DNA of 64,000 nucleotides from an uncultured Verrucomicrobiales bacterium (lineage in GTDB: Bacteria > Verrucomicrobiota > Verrucomicrobiia > Verrucomicrobiales > DEV007). A model generated the notes under the pieces. It ran no database searches and had not been told where the DNA came from. It saw only the letters and a program-made list of their open reading frames with translations. The stretch is taken from the NCBI GenBank assembly GCA_938091905.1, contig CALKOM010000103.1:1-64000 (forward strand). The letters are read 5' to 3'. Positions 51,235 through 60,622 of the stretch are shown one piece after another (position 1 is the stretch's first letter; each line of letters starts with the position of its first letter). The translations under genes were made by a program, and so were the position numbers.

Positions 51235-53979
51235 ATGAAACGCATTTGGATTGTTCTTGTACTGCTACCACTACTCCAAGGAGCGTGTGGAGAAGAAGAC
51301 GTGTCGACTGAGTCCACGGATGGGCAGATCGTTCTTCATGCAGGCATCAATGCGGTGGCGATCACGCGGTTTCCGAATCGTGGGCTGGATGGGGGGGCAG
51401 AGGAGCTGACGTTGCCATTTGTATTTGGTGAGGCAAACGAAGCAGGGCTTCAGAGTGGAGAGGCCACGACCGCAGATATTGTATGGATTCACACCGGACT
51501 AGGCAAGTGGGCCAAGTTCTTTTATGGTGAGGTCCTCACCCCATTTGGTGACAGCGAGCCGGAATGGAGAAACATTGCCAACCCGGCCCGTGATGCCAGT
51601 GATTTCACTTGGCCTTACACAGCAGGTATGCTCATCGAGCGCCGCTCGAAGAAACCTTTGGTCATTACGGTCAAGGGTGCGATCAAACGGACGCCGTCGA
51701 TCTTGCTCATTCAGAACGGTACGAATCACTTCAACCGCATACTCGACGGACCTCTTTTTCTGGCAGAGTTGCGACTTGAAGAGTTCTTTGTGAGAGCTCC
51801 GGAAGATTTAATTTTCGAGATGGTGGTCGACAATCCTGGTGGTCCCCGTCCGGGGCCCGTGCCTCCACGCCTGGAGGCCGACCTGTTCTTGGACCCAGAG
51901 AGTGGGCGAACTTATGTGCTGTCTGAGAAGGGTAAATGGTTTGAGTTGGGCACGCGAAACGATGTGGATCCGACGATGCTCCTCGTTCCCGGGACCTTTG
52001 GCGTAGAGCGGATTGGGAACCTTGCAAAAATGCTCATTGAGCCTCCGCTGCCTGTGGTCGCTGCCAGGCCGGTGAAGCTTCTGAATCAGCCTTTCCTCGG
52101 ACTTGGGGAAGGGGCTGTGCGGGCACTGAGAGTTGAAGACATTGGACCAACGGAGTGCAATTGCGCCTTATTGCTCCATGATAATCGGCCCATCGCCTTG
52201 CATGTGATCGAGTCTGCTACGGGGAGCGCCATTGTTCGAGTCGGTAAACATCCTGACAATGTGGTGACCGATGCTATTGCCATCGCCAATGGGCAGGGCT
52301 TCATTGGGAAACTGGACAATGTTAGCAATCTGTTTCGCGTGGAGCGGTCAGTGCGCAGTTTTTCTGGCAGTGGGCCAATAGAGGAACCGAAGCCATTTGT
52401 GGTCAAGTTACCTGATCCGGAACGCCGAGAAGGTGAGTGGCGTTTCTTTAGTCAGTTTGACCCTGAAGGGCGTCTGGTTCTATTTTTGGATAAAGCGAGA
52501 TGGCAGGCGGAAAGTCTTCTGGAGATCGACCTTGTGGCCTTGACGCCGAGCGACCGAAAGATCGCACTCCATTTGCCTCGGCTGCGTCTTGTTAGCGATG
52601 CTGGTTCTGATGTTGTCGCAGAAGAACTGGCTGGATTTCTGAGGCTAGCGTTGATCGAGCGTGATTTGGTTCCAGCGGATCAGATACAGATCTCTGTGAG
52701 GGCACAACCTGATGGTGGAGCCCTAATGATCTTTGACTTTGGTCGGCCGCTTGAGATGGGAAAAGTTGATCTCTGTCTTCTGCCGCCTCCCGTTCAGCCG
52801 ACGATCGATTCGAGCGATGACTTTGTGGTTGAAGGTGGGCTTATCGAGATCCTGGGCAAGGATTTCGGTCGTCGCATTGATGACCTTTGCATCGTCTTAG
52901 CGCCTGCGGATGGCGTTGGGAGTAGTATTCCCTTGCGCCCAGTCTCGCTCAGTCCCGACGGCACACGAATTCTTGCTAGGGTCGTTGGGCCGATTTCGGA
53001 TGGTCGCGTGAGACAAGTCATGCTTGCTCGAGGTATTGGGCGGACGCGGCCTATTCACTTGGGCTTCAGCGATGTCATCGTTCGCCAAGCGACCTGGGTG
53101 TGGCGTGGCAATGGGGCGGATCCTGTGGTGTCTCCTAACATTGTGCAGCCAGTGTTGGCTCAAGGAGAGATCATGCACTTCGCTGGGAATCTGGTGGATG
53201 GTAGCTTGGAGTTGACGATCGATCAGCCTTGGCCGGAGAACGCCGAAGTATCTATCTCGTTCACTGCGAATACGGATTCTGTTCAGTTGGATGCTTATGC
53301 GCCAGAGCTCTGTTTCACCGTGAGTGGTTCGACCGAAGAGTGTGCCGAACGTCTTCAGCGTGTGATCGAAGCTGCGTTTGTTCAGGGGGGCATGGCGAAT
53401 GCCAACCAGGTTCAGGTGGAATTGAATGTCGCTGGTGATGAAGTCACACTAACGGCCAATGTATTTACCGAGGATGGGGTTAAAGATCCAATCACCAGCG
53501 GGCACTTAAACGTTTCTGTTAGTGAGGGAGATGATCCCTGTGCCCCACCGCCTCCTGTGGACTCAGATGGCGATCTCATCCAGGACACTTGGGAATCGGA
53601 CCATTTTGAAATGCAGCCGCTTATGGTGGATGCGTTAGGTGATGCCGACACTGATGACGTGCTCAATCATGCCGAGTTTGCCTTTGCCACGGACCCATTT
53701 GTTAAGAACGACATGACTCCGCTTACGATAAGCCTCGATGAGGATGGGCACCCGGTGTTCGTTTATCAGCGTCACGTGGCGGCTGCAAATTTCTATCACT
53801 TTGACATTGAAACATCGCTCGATGGAGATCATTGGGAGCGATTGGCCAATCTTGAGACGCTGTCGATCATTCCGGTTGGGCTTGGGCTTCCTGTTGAGAC
53901 CATCGTCACGAGGTGTTTGGTGGCCGCCGAGGACGTGACTCAGTCGTTTTTCCGCCTTCGGCTGAGCCCTCGTTCTTGA
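51235..53979 (+). CDS. Large exported/lipoprotein hypothetical protein with Verrucomicrobial C-terminal D.DGD...FFRL domain
   Basis: Lipobox-like QGAC; IPT-like segment; DSDGD..D.WE, AEFAFATDP and terminal FFRLR. Confidence 0.75.
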   Translation: MKRIWIVLVLLPLLQGACGEEDVSTESTDGQIVLHAGINAVAITRFPNRGLDGGAEELTLPFVFGEANEAGLQSGEATTADIVWIHTGLGKWAKFFYGEVLTPFGDSEPEWRNIANPARDASDFTWPYTAGMLIERRSKKPLVITVKGAIKRTPSILLIQNGTNHFNRILDGPLFLAELRLEEFFVRAPEDLIFEMVVDNPGGPRPGPVPPRLEADLFLDPESGRTYVLSEKGKWFELGTRNDVDPTMLLVPGTFGVERIGNLAKMLIEPPLPVVAARPVKLLNQPFLGLGEGAVRALRVEDIGPTECNCALLLHDNRPIALHVIESATGSAIVRVGKHPDNVVTDAIAIANGQGFIGKLDNVSNLFRVERSVRSFSGSGPIEEPKPFVVKLPDPERREGEWRFFSQFDPEGRLVLFLDKARWQAESLLEIDLVALTPSDRKIALHLPRLRLVSDAGSDVVAEELAGFLRLALIERDLVPADQIQISVRAQPDGGALMIFDFGRPLEMGKVDLCLLPPPVQPTIDSSDDFVVEGGLIEILGKDFGRRIDDLCIVLAPADGVGSSIPLRPVSLSPDGTRILARVVGPISDGRVRQVMLARGIGRTRPIHLGFSDVIVRQATWVWRGNGADPVVSPNIVQPVLAQGEIMHFAGNLVDGSLELTIDQPWPENAEVSISFTANTDSVQLDAYAPELCFTVSGSTEECAERLQRVIEAAFVQGGMANANQVQVELNVAGDEVTLTANVFTEDGVKDPITSGHLNVSVSEGDDPCAPPPPVDSDGDLIQDTWESDHFEMQPLMVDALGDADTDDVLNHAEFAFATDPFVKNDMTPLTISLDEDGHPVFVYQRHVAAANFYHFDIETSLDGDHWERLANLETLSIIPVGLGLPVETIVTRCLVAAEDVTQSFFRLRLSPRS

Positions 53980-54051
53980 AATTAGGCGCAGGTTTTCCGA
54001 TAATTTTACTGTTTATTGACAATCTGGGGTGCTTAGGGTTCCCTTGGTGGC

Positions 54052-55359
54052 ATGACGTCTGCGTTTCGTGTCGCCCTTATCTTCATTGCGTTTGCCAGTC
54101 TGAGTGTTGCCGAAGAGGAGATCACTCGAGCTTTCACCGGAGCCAAGATCTTTCCCATCACCGGTGATCCAATTGATTCGGGCACCTTGATTGTGCGTGG
54201 GTCAACGATCATTGCAGTTGGGAAGAACGGAGCCACTGAGATTCCGGAAGGTGCGGTGACTGTCGATGTTTCAGGCAAGGTGATGATGCCTGGACTGATT
54301 TGCACGCACAGCCACATAGGGCAGGTCAGTGGTGGAGACTCGTCCGCTCCGATTCAACCTGACGTCAGGGTGTTGGACTCTATCAATGTTCGAGATGCCT
54401 CGGTGCGCAAGGCGCGAGCCGGTGGCTTGACAACGGTTAATATCATGTCAGGTTCAGGTCACCTCCTCAGTGGACAGACGATCTATCTGAAACTGCGTAA
54501 AGGTGAAACGGTGGAGGATCTCATGATTCTCGATACTGGGGGCAAGCCACGTGGTGGCATGAAGATGGCGAATGGGACCAATTCGATTAAGACCGCTCCG
54601 TTTCCGGGGACTCGAGGAAAGAGCGCAGCGTTGGTGAGGGAGCAGTATATTAAGGCGCAGGCCTATCAGAAGAAACTGGCCGCAGCGAAAGAGGACCCGG
54701 GCAAAGCTCCAGAGCGCGATCTTGCGATGGAAGCCTTGGTGGAAGTTTTAGAGGGAAAGCGCGTGGTTCACCATCACACGCATCGGCATGATGACATTCT
54801 CACGGTCTTGAGGCTGCGCGAGGAGTTTGGCTTTCGACTTGTCCTCCACCACGTGAGTGAGGCATGGAAGGTGGCCCCTCAGATTGCCGCAGCCAAGGTG
54901 CCCTGCTCGATCATCTTGTTAGACAGCCCAGGTGGAAAGTTGGAGGCTCGAGACATCGAGTGGCGGAATGGAGCCGAACTTGAGAAGCTCGGTGTGGTTA
55001 CTTCGTTCCACACAGACGATCCGATCAATGACTCTCGCTGGTTTCTTCGGTCGGGCGGGTTTGCTGTCCGAGCGGGCATGTCACGGCATGGAGCGCTTTA
55101 TGCGTTGACCATGGCAGGGGCGATTCAGTTGGACATGGAAGAGCGAGTGGGATCGCTGAGTGCAGGGAAAGACGCCGATTTCATCATTCTCTCTGGAGAT
55201 CCACTCAGCGTTTACTCGCGGGTGGAGGAGACCTGGATCGAAGGTAAACGCGTCTTTAATCTGGCGGATCCGGAAGACAAGCTTTTCGCCGTGGGCGGTG
55301 AAGGTGCGGGGAGCCCGCGTTTGACCAACATGTGTTGCTTCGATTTTCCTATCAAATAA
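54052..55359 (+). CDS. Amidohydrolase family protein
   Basis: PGLICTHSH, KMANG.N and GSL..GKDAD; signal peptide. Confidence 0.9.
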   Translation: MTSAFRVALIFIAFASLSVAEEEITRAFTGAKIFPITGDPIDSGTLIVRGSTIIAVGKNGATEIPEGAVTVDVSGKVMMPGLICTHSHIGQVSGGDSSAPIQPDVRVLDSINVRDASVRKARAGGLTTVNIMSGSGHLLSGQTIYLKLRKGETVEDLMILDTGGKPRGGMKMANGTNSIKTAPFPGTRGKSAALVREQYIKAQAYQKKLAAAKEDPGKAPERDLAMEALVEVLEGKRVVHHHTHRHDDILTVLRLREEFGFRLVLHHVSEAWKVAPQIAAAKVPCSIILLDSPGGKLEARDIEWRNGAELEKLGVVTSFHTDDPINDSRWFLRSGGFAVRAGMSRHGALYALTMAGAIQLDMEERVGSLSAGKDADFIILSGDPLSVYSRVEETWIEGKRVFNLADPEDKLFAVGGEGAGSPRLTNMCCFDFPIK

Positions 55360-55375
55360 CTTGAGCGAATCATTT

Positions 55376-56581
55376 ATGAAACTCTTCAATATCTTTCTCG
55401 GGCTGGCTCTGATGACAGCGGCCCAGGCTCAACTTGCGATTCAGGGTGGGACCGTGCATACCATGGAGGGCCCCGCCATCACGAATGGTGTGATCTTGAT
55501 CAAGGATGGCAAGATTGAAGCCGTAGGGAGTGCTGAATCGATTACGATTCCTGAAGACTATCAGAAGCGTCAGGTGCCTGTGGTGATCCCTGGTGTCATC
55601 GATGCGCATACGACGGTGGGTTTGTCAGGGATTCTCAACATCGATGCCGATCAGGAGCAGTTGGAGAAGTCTGCGCCTATTCAGCCTGAGCTTCGAGCCA
55701 TCGATGCTTACAATGCTCGTGATCCTCTGGTGACATGGGTGCGAAACTTTGGCGTGACGACGGTGAACACAGGACATGCGCCAGGAGCCGTGATTTCTGG
55801 GCAAGCCATGATCATCAAGACCCATCATCTCAACGTCAGTGATATTACCTTGTCGCCGTTCTCGATGGTGATGGGAAATCTTGGGTCCAAAGCACTTGCC
55901 TCTGGAAAGGCCGTGCCCGGTACGCGGGCGAAGGCTGTGGCGATCTTGCGTGCAGAACTTTTGAAGGCCCAGGGCTACCTCAAGAAGCTTGAGGCGAAAG
56001 ATCCGGACAAAGCTCCTGATCGAAATCTTCGTTTGGAGGCACTCGTTGCCGTCCTGAAAAAGGAGGTCCCACTTCTTATCACGGCTCATCGACATCATGA
56101 CATCCAAGCTGCTCTTCGATTGGCCAAAGAGTTTGAATTTCGTCTGGTTTTGGACGGCGCTAGCGAGGCCTATCAGTTGGTGGACGAGATCAAGGCTGCT
56201 GGTGTTCCGGTCATCGTCCACCCCACGATGATGCGCAGCTATGGCGACGCTGAGAATTTGTCTTTTGAGAACGCGAAGCGTCTCCACGATGCCGGTATTT
56301 CCATTGCGTTGCAGAGCGGTTATGAGGCCTATGTTCCAAAGACGCGAGTCGTTCTTTTTGAGGCAGCAATGGCGGCTGCGTATGGGCTGCCCAAGGAAGC
56401 GGCGCTTGCCTCGATCACAAAGGGCGCTGCCAAGATTCTCGGGATCAGTGATCGTGTGGGCTCATTGGCACCTGGCAAGGATGCCGATCTCGCTCTCTAT
56501 GACGGGGATCCTTTTGAATACACGAGCCACTGCGTAGGCGTGATCATCGATGGGGCGAGTGTACCTGTGGCCAAGCGCTAG
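55376..56581 (+). CDS. Amidohydrolase family protein
   Basis: PGVIDAHT and GSLAPGKDADL; signal peptide. Confidence 0.9.
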   Translation: MKLFNIFLGLALMTAAQAQLAIQGGTVHTMEGPAITNGVILIKDGKIEAVGSAESITIPEDYQKRQVPVVIPGVIDAHTTVGLSGILNIDADQEQLEKSAPIQPELRAIDAYNARDPLVTWVRNFGVTTVNTGHAPGAVISGQAMIIKTHHLNVSDITLSPFSMVMGNLGSKALASGKAVPGTRAKAVAILRAELLKAQGYLKKLEAKDPDKAPDRNLRLEALVAVLKKEVPLLITAHRHHDIQAALRLAKEFEFRLVLDGASEAYQLVDEIKAAGVPVIVHPTMMRSYGDAENLSFENAKRLHDAGISIALQSGYEAYVPKTRVVLFEAAMAAAYGLPKEAALASITKGAAKILGISDRVGSLAPGKDADLALYDGDPFEYTSHCVGVIIDGASVPVAKR

Positions 56582-56667
56582 GCCTAGCGCGGTTGGAGTC
56601 GGCTCTTTGAACTCCCCGTGGGCTTTACCTTGCAGAGGCGAATCGGTGCGCTTATCCTGAGGTCGTT

Positions 56668-57402
56668 ATGGACAGAAGATTCCTCTACAAATCGGGACTT
56701 CTGATCGCCTTTGGTGTCACCTTTGGAGGATTTGCGCAGGCAGAATTGCACAAGTTTACAAGCAAGGATGGTAGCAAGAGCTTTGAGGCTGAACTAACTC
56801 ATTACGTCCCCAACCAGAAGTTGGTCGAGGTGCGCCGGGAATCCGGTAAGGTGATGAAGTTTAAGATGGCCGTTCTTAGCGAGGATGATCAGAAGTATGT
56901 CATGAAGCGAGCGCCGGTGCTCAAGGTGGCAAAGGACCTCAAGGTTAGCGCCAAGATTCAGATCGGCAAGAAGAAGGTCGTCAAGGCCAAGCCGACCAAG
57001 CGGACGACCATCCCTAAATCCTACCGTGTGACTTTCCGCAACACTTCGAACCTCAAGATGGAAGATCTTGATGTCGAGTATGAATTGCACTGGGTGCGAG
57101 ACAATGGTTCTGGGCGCAAGGGTGAAGAGAAGGTTGTGGCTAAGGGCTCCACTCTCGTGAGTGCCGTATTTCCACGTCAAGATCTGTCTTTTAACACGGA
57201 AGCAGTCAACATTCTCTACAAAGAGCCCTTTGGGGGCACTGGCTGAAGTTCTTCGGCCAAAGCCAAGGGCACTTGAAAGGTCACTGGCAAGAAGACAAGT
57301 TTGTCTTCAAGAACAAGAGATCGTATGGCAGGAATCGTCGTTCGCGTGAAGAAGGGCGAGGAAGCACTTCTCAGTTGGGCGTCTAAGCCCGGCCTTGAGT
57401 AG
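56668..57402 (+). CDS. Exported SHD1-like domain protein; frame continues through TGA 57244 and TGA 57274 to TAG 57400 (candidate selenoprotein)
   Basis: Signal peptide and FTSKDG..FEAEL...V...R..G......LSE.DQ.YV; in-frame tail RDRMAGIVVRVKKGEEALLSWASKPGLE before the terminator. Confidence 0.6.
57291..57308 (+). promoter_or_regulatory. Candidate bacterial SECIS hairpin
   Basis: GAAGACA-AGTT-TGTCTTC is a perfect 7-bp stem with GU in the loop; the loop starts 21 nt after the second TGA. Confidence 0.4.
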
Positions 57403-57448
57403 AGTTCGCTGACAAACGATCATTTAACTAGCAAGTTCATTTTAACTA

Positions 57449-57480
57449 AAAGGGCGGCAATCGAAAGGTTGCCGCCCTTT
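57449..57480. terminator. Bidirectional intrinsic terminator
   Basis: AAAGGGCGGCAATC-GAAA-GGTTGCCGCCCTTT between convergent genes. Confidence 0.85.
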
Positions 57481-57489
57481 CTCGTGCTC

Positions 57490-58932
57490 TCAGGTTCCGC
57501 AGAATGTCGCGCGTACTTCTTCTGCCGGCGTCGGGGCCGCTTCCAGATCTTCGAATTCGGGTCGGTCATCGAAAGGCCTTTCCAAGGCGTCGACCAAGCG
57601 GTGGAATGGAGCGTAATCTCCGTCTTGTGCGAATCGGATTGCTTCTTCGACTCGGTGATTGCGTGGAATTAAGACGGGGTTCGAAGTGCGCATGATGTCC
57701 ACGTCGATCTTGTGCTCTCGCCAATCCTCTAACCAGGCTTGGCAGGCAATTGCTTCTTTGAAGAGGCTCTTAAAAGCCTCGGGATCATCATCACCCGAGG
57801 CGAGCTTCGTGAGATGACGGAAGAAGAGCGTGTAGTCGACAGATTGTTCTTCCAAAAGACCCAGCGTCCTCTTGAGGAAGGCTTCCCCGTCATGACTCTG
57901 ATCGGAAAGGCCCAACTTCCGTTGATAGCCGGCCAGATAATGTTCACGAAAGATCGACGTGAATTTCTCAATGACGCCTTCTGCTAGGGATCGTGCTTTC
58001 TCGAGGTCTGGAGAGAAGAGTGGGAGGATTGCTTCAGCCAGGCGCAGGAGATTCCATTGTCCTATGACCGCTTGGTTGCCCCAAGCGTAGCGGCCTTGGC
58101 GATCTATTGAGCTAAAGACTTTGTCAGTGCTGAAGGTGTCGATGAACGCGCATGGGCCGTAGTCGATGGTCTCGCCCGAAACGGTCATGTTGTCCGTGTT
58201 CATGACTCCGTGGATGAACCCAAGATGCATCCACTGCGCGATTAACTTGGCTTGCGCTGCGACGACACCCTCGAGAAAGGTCACGTAGGGCATTTCAGTA
58301 TTTGCTGCGATAGGATAGTGACGAGCGATAGCATGATCTGCTAGTGTCTTCAGTGCGGAAACGTCGTTCTGAGCATAGAAGTATTGAAATGTGCCCACAC
58401 GAATGTGACTGGCTGCCACTCGGGTTAAGATTGCTCCCGGTAGCAGCTCCTCCCGACGTACGGTTTCTCCGGTGCTGACGGCGGCCAAGGCGCGTGTGGT
58501 TGGCACGCCTAATGCATGCATGGCTTCGCTCAAGATGTACTCGCGCAAGACCGGTCCGAGAGCTGCCTTGCCATCACCACCGCGAGAGAACGGAGTTCTG
58601 CCCGCCCCTTTGAGTTGAATGTCACGGCGCTGATCAGATAGATTGAGAATTTCCCCTAGCAGTATCGCGCGGCCATCGCCTAACTGAGGCACCCAACCGC
58701 CAAATTGGTGTCCTCCATAAGCCTGGGCAAGAGCTTCAGCCCCTTTGGGTAAGGTGTTGCCTGCGAGCATGGCGAGTCCAGACGGTGACTTTAGCCATAC
58801 GAGATCTAAGCCTAGATCTTCTGCCAGGGCTTTGTTTAGCCGGATCAGTTTCGGGTTGGGTACGTGGGCGGGAGCCACAAAGGAATGAAAGTGGTCGGGC
58901 AAGCGGGCATAGGTGTTGTCGAAAGGAATCAC
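57490..58932 (-). CDS. selO: Protein adenylyltransferase SelO/YdiU
   Basis: YGGHQFG..PQLGDGRA, QLKGAG.TP.SR.GDG, HGVMNTDN, IDYGP and C-terminal TFCGT. Confidence 0.95.
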   Translation of the reverse strand: MIPFDNTYARLPDHFHSFVAPAHVPNPKLIRLNKALAEDLGLDLVWLKSPSGLAMLAGNTLPKGAEALAQAYGGHQFGGWVPQLGDGRAILLGEILNLSDQRRDIQLKGAGRTPFSRGGDGKAALGPVLREYILSEAMHALGVPTTRALAAVSTGETVRREELLPGAILTRVAASHIRVGTFQYFYAQNDVSALKTLADHAIARHYPIAANTEMPYVTFLEGVVAAQAKLIAQWMHLGFIHGVMNTDNMTVSGETIDYGPCAFIDTFSTDKVFSSIDRQGRYAWGNQAVIGQWNLLRLAEAILPLFSPDLEKARSLAEGVIEKFTSIFREHYLAGYQRKLGLSDQSHDGEAFLKRTLGLLEEQSVDYTLFFRHLTKLASGDDDPEAFKSLFKEAIACQAWLEDWREHKIDVDIMRTSNPVLIPRNHRVEEAIRFAQDGDYAPFHRLVDALERPFDDRPEFEDLEAAPTPAEEVRATFCGT

Positions 58933-59078
58933 TCCGAAGTATCATGCAGATTATGTTTCCGGCAAGTAGGGGAGAGGAGGGCTTATGACAAGATATCGTT
59001 AGTTTGCGGGGGCTCTAATGCTGCTATTCGCGTGGCTCTTTCATCGGCATTGGCCGCGATAGCTGCCGGAATTCGCGG

Positions 59079-60599
59079 CTACCTTCGATTGGTGAGGGCG
59101 CGCCACTGGTCATTCATATCAAAGCGCTCTTCGATTGACTTTCCGAGGTCGCTTGCAAAATCATCCAGTCGTTTGCGTGCTGCATCGGGTTGGAGCCGAT
59201 GGTATTGCTCCACGGCTTGGGAGATGAGCTTGTGATTGTTGGGAGTGTATTTGAGTAGCTCCGCTAGGGCTGGTTGAGGGTTGTGTGAAATAGTGATGTC
59301 TGCGTACTCCGCGACAATCTCTCCCACGAGGTTCTCGGGGGCGTTCTCAATCCACTTCGGGGCCGTTTCGGGATAGGAACGGGCTAGAACATTGATGTAG
59401 CTGCGATAGGCTGATGTTCGTGAATTGCCTTCTGATAGGGGAGCCAACCAAGTCGCTGCTCCGTCGGGATCATTTGCTGCCCAATATTCGGTCACCTGGG
59501 CAATGCTGTTCTTATGCTACCTTTGCGGCTACCGTCATCGTTGTAGCCTCCGCTGGCACCGTCAAGTGAAATCACCTGTGAAGCGTCTAACGCATTTTTA
59601 GCCGCATGATGCCAACCGATTTCGTCTAGCAGATTAACGATTCCTTGAACGTCTAAATCTGGCCTGGAAACCGCTGTTGCAATGACGGCTTGTTTCTCTG
59701 AGCCTTCCGGTAAGGTCTTGCCCCAGGCAAGGGTGTCTTCGGGGGCCGTTTGCGCGCGTTCTCTAACGAGTTGTCCCAGTAGCTTATAGCGTTTTCTACC
59801 GGGAGTCATGGCGAGAACATGAGAAGTCGCCTCAATAGGATCCTCTTTGATGAGCTTGGAGAGAACGGACGCTTCCGCATTTAGGCGCTTCATCTTAGAG
59901 CCACCCTCTTCTCTTACCAATGCGAGGGCCTTCTCAGGCGATGTCCCCGCGATCGCTTGAAGAACGGCGTCTCGCAGGTCTCCTGACAAGGTGTCCACAC
60001 GGGCAAAGGCGTCTTTTGGAGACACGCGTGCCCATGACTTAAAGATGGATTCAAGAGTGTCCTCGTTGTGAGGAAACTCGTCGATCAAGGGAAGGGCTGC
60101 GGACAACTGACGCTCAGCGACGTCTCCGATGATCCGTTCGATCGAAATCCTCTTCCTTCCGTACGGCTGCTAGCGCGTCGCGTGGCGCTTGCAAGGCCCA
60201 CACGCGATAGCACCAACCGTTGAGGCGCCGGTCTTTCGTGGCCTTCTCGAACGTGAGGGCTTGAATGGGATCGAGCTCGACTCAACGGGCTAGGAGCATC
60301 CTCCATATAAGGATGGACGTTCGATTGCGACCTACTTTAGGGCCCCAGTGTTCTGCTAGGGATTCGAGCTCTTCGGCAGATGCTTCTGGGAGGAATTGAG
60401 CAAGAATTGGCCGGACTTCGAAGCGGCTAGCATGTAGAACAGCACCTAATGTAGGGAGGGGAGTTGCTCCGCTTGCTCCAATCGGAGGTTTCGAACTGGC
60501 TCTGGGCTTGGCTGCTGTCGTCTTTTGTTCGGTAGATTTGGGGTGCCTGTGAAGATAATGCTCGGCAGCGAACCCTAGCCTCGCAGTGACTATCATCAC
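59079..60599 (-). pseudogene. Helical-repeat protein of Verrucomicrobial type, fragmented
   Basis: Three or more out-of-frame pieces carry W...DP..A..W repeats (WARVSPKDA, WAANDPDGAATW). Confidence 0.7.
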
Positions 60600-60622
60600 G
60601 ATCTATGTCATTCTCCCGCTCT

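Noticed and set aside
57490..58932. selO as support for selenium use by the neighbouring TGA gene
   Set aside because: Bacterial SelO/YdiU here ends in Cys (TFCGT) and is an AMPylase not involved in Sec insertion; the convergent adjacency may be chance.
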